Positions 28,399 to 36,903 of a stretch of 57,781 bases of DNA are shown in pieces. The first letter of the stretch is position 1, and each line of letters begins with the position of its first letter. A program made the position numbers and the translations under genes. Below the pieces are notes generated by a model that had not been told where the DNA came from, did no database searches, and worked only from the letters and a program-made list of their open reading frames with translations. Origin of the DNA: Gemmatimonadota bacterium (GTDB lineage Bacteria > Gemmatimonadota > Gemmatimonadetes > Gemmatimonadales > GWC2-71-9); the NCBI GenBank assembly GCA_036679605.1, contig JAZDCZ010000179.1, positions 1 to 57,781 of the forward strand. Direction: 5' to 3'.

Positions 28399-28668
28399 TT
28401 AGCGAACCGGCCGTCGTCGGGCTGCCAATACTACGAACGAAGAAGAGTCACTCGCGTCTAGATCGCCGAGACATACTCTCTCGTCCCGAATCAGCGCACC
28501 GTGAAACTTGACACTGTAGCTCCTAGCATCACACTCCGATCCAACTGTGGAACGTAAGGCCTCTTCCTTCAAACGAGCTATCGTCCAATCGCTCGATACG
28601 GACAACACGACATCTCCCCAAACGTCTTCGACCCAAACTCGCAGCACCATTTCCGACAACATGTTCAC
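28399..28668 (-). CDS. Small ubiquitin-like (beta-grasp) protein
   Basis: Pattern LSVSSDWTIARLK...VKFHGALIRDERVCLGDL parallels ubiquitin; GTGA coupling to upstream gene. Confidence 0.65.
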   Translation of the reverse strand: MNMLSEMVLRVWVEDVWGDVVLSVSSDWTIARLKEEALRSTVGSECDARSYSVKFHGALIRDERVCLGDLDASDSSSFVVLAARRRPVR

Positions 28669-28934
28669 GGGCCGCCACTTGCCGCCGGCAGCGTCGAGAA
28701 AAAACGCGCGATGGCCTGTCCATAGAACATCGACGACGCACGAACATGGGCGCCGTCCTCACGATCGGATGCTGCAAGCGATATTTCTTCTCCGCCCTGA
28801 CCACGGAGTGACAGAAAACCTGGTCCTTCCGTCTCCAGGAAGGCTCCGTGATGGGGCACGCGTTCGGCAAAGAAAAGCTTGGCGAGCCGCAGTACTTCAT
28901 CCGCTCCCATACTCGTCTCGGTCTCCAACGTCAT
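28665..28934 (-). CDS. Hypothetical protein (89 aa)
   Basis: GAGGAG RBS upstream; translationally coupled to the ubiquitin-like gene. Confidence 0.7.
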   Translation of the reverse strand: MTLETETSMGADEVLRLAKLFFAERVPHHGAFLETEGPGFLSLRGQGGEEISLAASDREDGAHVRASSMFYGQAIARFFSTLPAASGGP

Positions 28935-28998
28935 CGCTCATCGCTCCTCTTAACTTGGCGTGCCACTGCATTCCACTCCACGCTCATGGATAGAGTTG

Positions 28999-30543
28999 TT
29001 AGGACGACTGTTTTTCGACACCGCGACTCAGCCACCTATTCGCCGCAACAAGCGCCACCAGAACGACACCAAATTGCAGAAGAATCGTTCCAACGTTCTC
29101 TACGCCAAATGGCCGGAGCCATCCGGTCGGATCGCCCTGACGGGCCTGGTATAGCCACCATATCAGTAGTACCAATGCTTCAAGCGGTACGATAACGGCG
29201 ATCACCATATCCCACCACCATCCAACGCGAATGTCAGAGTGTGCATGATTGAGTTGTTCCTCACGAAAACGGCTGACGCCGTGTACTACCACAGCGATCG
29301 CAAAGAATAGCCCTGAAAGCATCAGCGCAATGCCCCAGACCCAGTCCTGATTATGAAGCACTTTTAGCGAGATCGCAGACGGCAGCCCCAGCAGAAAGCC
29401 GGCGGCCCCCACAATCCGGATTGCACGATGATGGTCCACTCCTGCGTCGCGGAGAACTCGTGTTGCAAGCTCAATCATGGCTACGAGGCTCGTGAACGCA
29501 GCGAATGTAAGCGCTAAAAAGAACAGTACCATGAAGAATCGCCCAAACGGAATACTCGCAAAAAGATGCGGCATCCAAATGAACGTCAGTCCTTCATTGC
29601 CCGAAGCAAAGATCGTCTGTTGAATCAGATCCGGGGTGATCGCTTGACCCGCACCGACTGCTCGGGCGAGTTCGGGATAGCTGCTCAAGACTTGGGGATC
29701 AGTCGCAAGACTGGCCACTAGTTGCGGCACTACCGAGAAGACCGTACAGATCACCATGATACCGGCTAGCAGGGAGATCGTGTTGTTTGCCGCCGGCAGA
29801 ACGAATGCATTGAGTGCGGTGTCCTCGTGACTTCGCAAGTAAGCTGCGTAACAAAGGACAAGTCCCCAACCGGCGCCAGTATCCCACGCGTTCTGCGTAA
29901 GAGCCTGCACCCAAACATTGGAGTCTTTGAGTCGAGCCCAATCTACATTGAACAGATACGACAGCCCCCCTGACGCATCGGGCAGCGTCACGGCCCTTAT
30001 AGTCAACACAACTATGAGGACGATCAGCGCAGGCATCAAGATTCTCGCTACCTTCTCGATGGCCCCTACACCACGGGCCACAACGAAAACCCCCAAGCCG
30101 ATCGCAACCGCGTGGGTGAGAACTGGCCACCATGATGCTGTGTAGTTGCTCCAGAAGGCAGCCGGGTCGCTGTTCGACAGTTCACCCGTCAGCGAGGCCA
30201 CCAAGTAGCGTATCGTCCAGCCGGCCACCACCGAGTAGTAGTACATGATTGCAGCAGCCACAAAGGCGACGAACGCCCCCATCCAGGCCCACCGAGGTCC
30301 CATGAGCTTAACGAACGCAGCTACTGGACCGGATCGGGTCTTCCGTCCCATGCCGAACTCGACGAGGATCAGAGGTATTGACCACAGAAACAGGAATACC
30401 AACCACGCGACAACGAACTCACCACCCCCGTTCTGCGCCGCGATTCGCGGAAACCTCCAAATGTTTCCCGTACCAACCGCCATGCCCAACATGGCGAGCA
30501 TCATTAGCCATCGGGACGAGAACACTGCCTGTCGATCAGCCAA
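28999..30543 (-). CDS. Sodium-dependent transporter, NSS/SNF (LeuT-like) family
   Basis: GMAVGTGNIWRFP...NGGG signature; about 12 TM segments. Confidence 0.92.
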   Translation of the reverse strand: MADRQAVFSSRWLMMLAMLGMAVGTGNIWRFPRIAAQNGGGEFVVAWLVFLFLWSIPLILVEFGMGRKTRSGPVAAFVKLMGPRWAWMGAFVAFVAAAIMYYYSVVAGWTIRYLVASLTGELSNSDPAAFWSNYTASWWPVLTHAVAIGLGVFVVARGVGAIEKVARILMPALIVLIVVLTIRAVTLPDASGGLSYLFNVDWARLKDSNVWVQALTQNAWDTGAGWGLVLCYAAYLRSHEDTALNAFVLPAANNTISLLAGIMVICTVFSVVPQLVASLATDPQVLSSYPELARAVGAGQAITPDLIQQTIFASGNEGLTFIWMPHLFASIPFGRFFMVLFFLALTFAAFTSLVAMIELATRVLRDAGVDHHRAIRIVGAAGFLLGLPSAISLKVLHNQDWVWGIALMLSGLFFAIAVVVHGVSRFREEQLNHAHSDIRVGWWWDMVIAVIVPLEALVLLIWWLYQARQGDPTGWLRPFGVENVGTILLQFGVVLVALVAANRWLSRGVEKQSS

Positions 30544-30579
30544 AGCTTCCCCCTTGTCTCCGTCCGAGAAGATGCGTGG

Positions 30580-32037
30580 TCAATTAAGTAGTGGCGCCAG
30601 CCGTGTCACCAAAGTCTCGAAATCAAGAGGCTTTCCCGTCACCTCCAGCGCTAATTCATGCGCAAGATCGGCCTGTCCCCGTGACATCAGCTCAGCCACA
30701 AACTCACCTGCTCTAGGATTGCGGAACCAATCTTCGTCATGCCTTTCGGTGAGTGCATCGGCGAGCGCGGCTTCCAACTGCCACGCACGCAGATACCGGG
30801 CCGCATAGAACCCCGGATCTACGTCCGCCAAGCAATCGTCCGCCGAGTACTTGAACAACGTCGCCCCGGAAAGCAGCTCCTCGTACTCCGGCCCCGTACC
30901 CCTGAAGTCTCCTCGATGCAATGACAGTTCGTAGATCAGCTTCGCTGCATAGCGTCGCACCATATACAGTTCATTCACACCCAACTCGAACGACAGCTGT
31001 TGAATTTCTCTCGCCCCCAGCGACGTGTATCGATCGAGCCAAAGCCGATTGAGGGTCAGGTGATCCCACAGCATGGCAAACCCTTCGGTCACCGAATTGT
31101 CGCCCAGCCATCGAGCCTCGAATGAAAGGTCACTCGACGGAGACGCAAAGTGCATCGCGTGGCCCAATTCATGCCAAAATGTTCGGTAGTCGGTGTGCCC
31201 TCCACGGGGACGTAGCACCAGGTACACCTCGTCGGGGACCTTCACAGGAACGCAAAATGCCCGAGGCTGCTTGCCGTCTCGCTCCTCCGTATCAAACCTG
31301 ACTCTCCCACTCTGTGTCGCGTCGAGTCCCATGTCGGACATCTGACCTGTCGCTACTTCTAAGAGCTGGTCGGGCGGAAAAGCACGATCGTAGTCGTTGG
31401 CTCGAAAGGCCCACGCAGAATCCGAATGGATCAACTGGCCCACCTTGAGATTCAACCTTTTCTTCACTAACTGCCCTAGACACTCCGTGTACACGTCGGT
31501 AGTCGAGTCAAGGAACAACCTCGCACTCTTGCCGAGTGCCTCTAGGTCGACGCCCGAAAGGGCCGACCGGACTGCCACGTAATCATCGTAGCCGAGATCT
31601 CGTAACTCCTGGTGCTCGATCTCAAAACTTTCGCGACGAATGCCATCGAGCGCAGCCGATCCTGTCTCCATGCGAGCGCTATCGAGCGCTAAGCGAAAGG
31701 CGCGATCCGGAGAGTTGGAGATTTCAATTGGAACGCGAAGATAGCTGACCTCATGCCCATCGACCTCTACGGTCGCGTCTTGCTCCCAGAGTAGCACGCG
31801 CTCCTGCAACGGCGCGAGTCTTCTGCCGATTCGAGTGTCGATTACCCACGCAAGCAACTCACGAGATTCGCTTGCGCGCGCCGCAGATAATGCGGCATCG
31901 CTCTGCAGAACGTCAAATCGATCGTATATCTGTTGAAATGCAGGATCGCTCTTGAGACCGGAGCCGGTCATGTAATACTCTCGACCCAGCTCCTCATGCA
32001 TGACTTCACCTACCGAAATGAGTTTGTCCGGTTTCAC
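30580..32037 (-). CDS. Zinc metallopeptidase, M3/gluzincin-like
   Basis: HELGH plus downstream EGFA; coupled to glyQS by GTGA. Confidence 0.75.
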   Translation of the reverse strand: MKPDKLISVGEVMHEELGREYYMTGSGLKSDPAFQQIYDRFDVLQSDAALSAARASESRELLAWVIDTRIGRRLAPLQERVLLWEQDATVEVDGHEVSYLRVPIEISNSPDRAFRLALDSARMETGSAALDGIRRESFEIEHQELRDLGYDDYVAVRSALSGVDLEALGKSARLFLDSTTDVYTECLGQLVKKRLNLKVGQLIHSDSAWAFRANDYDRAFPPDQLLEVATGQMSDMGLDATQSGRVRFDTEERDGKQPRAFCVPVKVPDEVYLVLRPRGGHTDYRTFWHELGHAMHFASPSSDLSFEARWLGDNSVTEGFAMLWDHLTLNRLWLDRYTSLGAREIQQLSFELGVNELYMVRRYAAKLIYELSLHRGDFRGTGPEYEELLSGATLFKYSADDCLADVDPGFYAARYLRAWQLEAALADALTERHDEDWFRNPRAGEFVAELMSRGQADLAHELALEVTGKPLDFETLVTRLAPLLN

Positions 32038-33368
32038 GTTGCGATACGTTCCGCCAGGTACGCGCGCAGCTGATCTGCCTGCACCCGTTCCTGCAAGAGC
32101 GTATCACGATCACGCACCGTGACCGTCTCGTCCTCAACACTCTGACCATCCACCGTTATGCCAAACGGAGTGCCTGCCTCATCTTGGCGCCTGTATCGCC
32201 GGCCGATCGAACCACCGTCGTCGTAAAAGACCCTCAGGTGCCGCCGAAGATCGTCGCAGATCCGCCGCGCCATCTCGGGCATACCGTCCTTTTTCACAAG
32301 TGGGAAGATCCCGGCCTTGATGGGTGCGATGCTGGGCTTCAGACCTAGCACGACTCTCGTCTCGTCCTTCACCTGCTCTTCGCGATAGGCGTCTGCCATG
32401 ACCACCAGAGCCAGTCGATCCGCCCCCAACGATGTTTCGATCACGAAGGGAACAAAGCGGTCCTTGCTGGCCGTGTCCACGTACTCGAGCTTCTTGCCGG
32501 AGTACTCCTGATGCCTCATGAGATCGAAATCGGTGCGGTTGTGTATTCCCTCGACTTCCTGCCAGCCGAAAGGAAACTCGTACTCTATGTCGTAGGCCTT
32601 TTTCGCATAGTGAGCAAGTTCGTCGTCCGCGTGCTCGTGAAAGCGCAGCTTCTCACGGTCAATGCCCAACTCCACGTGCCATTCCATCCGGCGCTCACGC
32701 CATTCCTCGAACCATCTCTCATCATCGCCCGGCCTCACAAAGAATTGCATCTCCATCTGCTCGAATTCGCGTGTCCGAAAGATGAAATTGCCTGGTGTGA
32801 TTTCGTTGCGAAATGCCTTCCCTATCTGAGCAATCCCGAACGGCGGCTTTTGGCGCGATGACTGAAGGACGTTCAGATAGTTTACATAGATCCCTTGGGC
32901 GGTTTCCGGCCGAAGATAAACGACCGATGCGTCTTCTTCGACCGGACCCATGAACGTCTTGAACATCAGATTGAACATGCGAGGAGCAGTCAAAGTACCA
33001 CGGTTCCCGCAGACCGGGCACTGTGCCTCCGGCTGACCCGGCTCTCCCTTGATCCTCTCATCGTCCGCCCGGAAACGCTTCTTGCATGTCCTACAATCAA
33101 CCAACGGATCGGTGAATCCCGAGACATGGCCGGAGGCTTCCCATACTTTGGGGTGCATGAGAATCGCGGCATCTAGACCCTCGATATCGTCCCGCTCGTG
33201 CACCATCGATCGCCACCAAAGGTCCTTGAGATTTTTCTTTAGCTCGACGCCGAGAGGGCCATAATCCCACACGGACCCAACACCGCCGTATATCTCTGAT
33301 GATTGAAAAACAAAACCGCGCCGTTTTGCGAGGGACACTAGTCTGTCCATCACCGATGTATCTGCCAT
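32034..33368 (-). CDS. glyQS: Glycine--tRNA ligase, alpha2 type
   Basis: [42 protein letters not shown]. Confidence 0.96.
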   Translation of the reverse strand: MADTSVMDRLVSLAKRRGFVFQSSEIYGGVGSVWDYGPLGVELKKNLKDLWWRSMVHERDDIEGLDAAILMHPKVWEASGHVSGFTDPLVDCRTCKKRFRADDERIKGEPGQPEAQCPVCGNRGTLTAPRMFNLMFKTFMGPVEEDASVVYLRPETAQGIYVNYLNVLQSSRQKPPFGIAQIGKAFRNEITPGNFIFRTREFEQMEMQFFVRPGDDERWFEEWRERRMEWHVELGIDREKLRFHEHADDELAHYAKKAYDIEYEFPFGWQEVEGIHNRTDFDLMRHQEYSGKKLEYVDTASKDRFVPFVIETSLGADRLALVVMADAYREEQVKDETRVVLGLKPSIAPIKAGIFPLVKKDGMPEMARRICDDLRRHLRVFYDDGGSIGRRYRRQDEAGTPFGITVDGQSVEDETVTVRDRDTLLQERVQADQLRAYLAERIAT

Positions 33369-33419
33369 CGCACCTGATCGTCGTTATGTGGTTTCGAGAG
33401 GAGAAGTTCTGAAGGGCGA

Positions 33420-33448
33420 AGTATAGGACCCGCCTACCCCGCCAGCAA
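33420..33448 (-). promoter_or_regulatory. Sigma70-like promoter of glyQS run
   Basis: TTGCTG-N17-TATACT. Confidence 0.55.
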
Positions 33449-33555
33449 GCGACCAGACGGAGAGGCATGTCAACCGGCCCCATGGTGGTCCGCATGCTCC
33501 CGCCAGCCGCAATCGAGAACCGTGGAGGAGTTAGCCAGTCACAGCGGGTCGGCTG

Positions 33556-34077
33556 TTAGTTCTTACAGTTACAATTTCCCCCCCCGATAGACCTACACGT
33601 CTTGCCGGGCCGGTCACTGCAGGGAAGGCCCAGACCAATACAAGAAGCCTTGCAGGCCGAAGAGGTCGTAGATGAGGCGGCCATAGCTGCCGTGGGTGCA
33701 GCCATAGACGTTACCGTGGGTAGCAAGATCGCACCACCGACCATTGCCAGCTTCCTCACTAAATCGCGTCGTGATGGCCCCACAGCAACGCCCGCAACAT
33801 TCGTCCCTTCCTCCAGCAATCTCGCCTTCTGCAGCCGGGCCAGGGCGAGGCTCACGATGCCCTCATCCTTGGGGATCGCCAGCTCCGCTTCCAGGTTTCG
33901 AGCCATCTGAGCTGGGGCAGTTTCGCCGTCGCATTGGCGCCAGACTGCCGCGGCGGTGCGATTGAGACAATGGGCCTTATGACCCTTCAAGTCGTACACA
34001 AGGGTCTCGTCACGTAGCTCGTCGACTATCAGGTCGTCCGTCCTCGCGCGAGGCATTTCCGAGGGTGTCAGTTTCAT
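33556..34077 (-). CDS. PqqD/RRE domain fused to twin-Arg signal-like segment and 6-Cys peptide
   Basis: LVYDL..HKAHCLNRTAAAVWRQCDG (PqqD-like, aa 1-90); SRRDLVRK plus hydrophobic stretch plus AMA; Cys-rich tail. Confidence 0.82.
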   Translation of the reverse strand: MKLTPSEMPRARTDDLIVDELRDETLVYDLKGHKAHCLNRTAAAVWRQCDGETAPAQMARNLEAELAIPKDEGIVSLALARLQKARLLEEGTNVAGVAVGPSRRDLVRKLAMVGGAILLPTVTSMAAPTAAMAASSTTSSACKASCIGLGLPCSDRPGKTCRSIGGGNCNCKN

Positions 34078-34931
34078 TGGGACCTTACCTCCTCTTTACT
34101 ACAAATGTGTTCGCTCGCTCTGCGCAACAGTGAATCAACCATCTCGTGCGCTTCACCCCGCACACCCTTTAGGACCAGCGCTCCCGCAACGACCTGCCGC
34201 AGTGTATCGATAGCGACTCGAGGCTCCATCCGGGCGGATACGGTTTGTCTCAAAATCTCGAGGACTGCCCGTCCCTGAGAGAGCGCTCGAGGTCGCCAGC
34301 GCGCCCCAGGACGATAGTCGGTCAACAGCACAAGACCTACGGGGATGGGCTTGACGCCAGCTCGACGGGTGACCCCCGTGCCCCCACCTTTCGGTAGCGG
34401 TACTCCAGCCTTTGACCTGAGAGAAGGCGGCTTGGGAAACGGGTGTACCCGCCCCTGTCGGTCACACACCGCATATTCGTCCGAGTAATAAGTTGCCCCG
34501 GCTTTCACCAACTCCATCACCAGCGTGCTTTTGCCGCTAAAGGCTCTCCCCGGAATCATAATGGCATGTTGACGCCAACGCACCACTCCGGCATGTACAA
34601 AGACCCGGCGTCGCGCCATTTCCGCAACGTAGAGTTGTAGGTCCGATTCCAACGCTTTGAGCGCCTGGTCCAACTCCATTGTCCGGGAGACTCGCTCCGC
34701 ATCTGCATACAGCAGGTTGAAGCGGCGGACACCGGCCCGCTTCCCCCGCCCCCCGACCCTGAGCGAATACAGTCGCTCCACTTTGGGGGTACGTGCGGGC
34801 TTCCACCCCGGAGGTAGCAAAGCGGGAATCCGTTCGAGGACCTCGGGCTCACTCACTCGCACACCTATCTTCACCCCGTAGGAGTTTAGCGCCAACCCGG
34901 CCGCCCATCCTAGGCGGTCGATTTTTTCCAT
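34074..34931 (-). CDS. HPr kinase-like P-loop kinase
   Basis: HAGVV...IPGRAFSGKSTL...GATYYSDE resembles the HprK C-terminal domain; ATGA-coupled to the PqqD gene. Confidence 0.8.
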   Translation of the reverse strand: MEKIDRLGWAAGLALNSYGVKIGVRVSEPEVLERIPALLPPGWKPARTPKVERLYSLRVGGRGKRAGVRRFNLLYADAERVSRTMELDQALKALESDLQLYVAEMARRRVFVHAGVVRWRQHAIMIPGRAFSGKSTLVMELVKAGATYYSDEYAVCDRQGRVHPFPKPPSLRSKAGVPLPKGGGTGVTRRAGVKPIPVGLVLLTDYRPGARWRPRALSQGRAVLEILRQTVSARMEPRVAIDTLRQVVAGALVLKGVRGEAHEMVDSLLRRASEHICSKEEVRSQ

Positions 34932-35137
34932 TCAGAAGTACGTCGGTCGCAGTACGATCTCGTTGACCTTTGGGCTGGAGATCACGCGGCGGGCTCCTCT
35001 CCTCTTCCGGGCTCGTTTCCCTCTTGCATAATATAAGCCTAAGCCGTTTCCAGCAGTTACCCTCTCACAAGCTCGTCACCTGCAGCCAATTCGGCAGTGG
35101 TGTGGATCACAGTGCTCCCAGTGTGAAGATTGCGCCC

Positions 35138-36256
35138 CTATAGCCTCGCGATCTTTTGAACGGCGCTCCTCAAGTGTTTCGCACGGGCCTGGCCCACCGA
35201 CCTTGCCTCGGGCCAGCGCCAGCGTAGGAACTCGCCAGGCGGCCAGACGGCGTCGGCCAACAGGTTTCGGGCTGACCCGAGTCTATCGAGCAGGAGCAGG
35301 CGTCGTCCGATTCGGCGCGGCGTGACCGCCACGTGTTCCTGCACGGTTGCCCTGCCGGCCCATGTGAGCCACTCCTCGAGCCTGAGTAGGCGCGCCAACC
35401 GTCTTCCCCGAAAGTCACGGGCCGGGCCGCCGATTTTCGGACCGCGTTCGAGGCCGAGGTCCCGCCGCAGCACAGCTACTACTGCACGGGCCGCCCGGAG
35501 GACGCCGAGTTGCCGGGCGGTATGGGTGAACTCCTCTCCCGCGTCCTGTGGGAGCCGTGGCCACAGCAACACGAAATCGAGGAGGCTCCGGATATGCAAG
35601 AGATCGTGGTGAACCAGGTGCTGTAGGAGAAGGGCGGCGTGATGCACGGGAATTGGGGAGGGGAGCGAACCCACGCGGGTGAGCTTGCCCCACACTGCGT
35701 CCGGGATAGGGGTATCGGAGCGCGGCAACAAACGATCCACAGGCTCTATTCCCCAGCGGATGTCCAGGTTGACCGCTTCCATCGCCGAGCGCGCGAGCCG
35801 TCGGACCAACACGACCCCCGGCCTCAAAGCGGCCGGGCCGCTCTGTGATTCCTCTGGCAGTGCTCTGTAATCCATGATGGCGAGAGCCTTCATAGCCGCT
35901 ACTCGCTCCCCGGGAGGAACGCACAGGTCCAGGTCTACGAAGTGCCGCTCCCCAGGTTCATAGAGCCACCGGGATACCACCACACCCTTTATGAAGAAGT
36001 GGGTGACGCCATGCGATGTCAGAGTGGACGAGACATCCGACGCCTGTTGCAACATCACGGCCTCGAGTATTCGGCGCGCACGGGTTTCGTCCCGGTAAGC
36101 CTCCGAATGCTCACCGGCTCCAACGTTGCGTGCGACGAACCCGGCGATTCCGAACTGCCGCGCGAGGGCGATGGTGGCGTCCTTGCCATCCATCCCGAGG
36201 TGCTTGGCAGCGTGGCCAAGTAACTGGGTGAAGCGCTCGGCTACGGAGACCGTCAT
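35138..36256 (-). CDS. Nucleotidyltransferase family protein (NTP_transf_5-like)
   Basis: FIKG...Y.PGERHFVDLDL motif; LD.RW; HLVHH...LLD. Confidence 0.8.
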   Translation of the reverse strand: MTVSVAERFTQLLGHAAKHLGMDGKDATIALARQFGIAGFVARNVGAGEHSEAYRDETRARRILEAVMLQQASDVSSTLTSHGVTHFFIKGVVVSRWLYEPGERHFVDLDLCVPPGERVAAMKALAIMDYRALPEESQSGPAALRPGVVLVRRLARSAMEAVNLDIRWGIEPVDRLLPRSDTPIPDAVWGKLTRVGSLPSPIPVHHAALLLQHLVHHDLLHIRSLLDFVLLWPRLPQDAGEEFTHTARQLGVLRAARAVVAVLRRDLGLERGPKIGGPARDFRGRRLARLLRLEEWLTWAGRATVQEHVAVTPRRIGRRLLLLDRLGSARNLLADAVWPPGEFLRWRWPEARSVGQARAKHLRSAVQKIARL

Positions 36257-36903
36257 CTTACGTTGGGCTGGCTCAATATGTCCCGCACGACTCGCGTCGG
36301 CGAAGGATCGCGACGTAAGGGAATGCCATTCTTAGTCTTAGGGGAGCCGCACTGCTGACGCCTCGCGTGAGAACTCTACACCTGAAGAAGTTCTAAAGAT
36401 CAGACGCTGAAAATAGCCAACGTATTGCGTCCACGTAAGCTCGGAGCAACTGGATGGCATGGACTAAGCGATAGCATCAGGCGGGCAACCCTGACTGAGG
36501 GAAACCATAAAGGACAGAGCCAGGATCGCCACCGGCCAAGAGTTGGCGCCCGTCACGAGGGAACGGCAAGATCTCGGATGCCGTAAGAGATTGGTGCGTC
36601 ACGACTTGCGAATATCCCCGCTGTTCCTTAGTATAGGGTCTAGGTATAGGTTGGATTTCTCCCGTTTCTGACACTGCCAGGCACCGGAGGCGGCTTCTAG
36701 GGATTAGATTACTTGGTCACAGAACCGAGGCAGAGACTCGCCCGCGGCGGGGCCGAAGGTACATATTTGACAGGCAATTACGATCCTGGTAACACGACTT
36801 TTCGCTCTGGCAGGTTGGAGCGTTCTGACTGGTACTCCCCCAGCAATCAGTTGAGCCAGCGTCTGCTCTGGAATCGTTCACACCAGCAAAGAGAAGGGCT
36901 CGC

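Noticed and set aside
36455..36470. Possible sigma54 promoter (TGGCAT-GGACT-AAGC)
   Set aside because: GG-N10-GC spacing fits, but the -12 element deviates from TTGC and it lies ~430 bp from the wzc start
36477..36674. 65-aa ORF in the NTase-wzc intergenic region as a lasso precursor
   Set aside because: No recognisable lasso leader/core pattern that I can support, and no cyclase nearby
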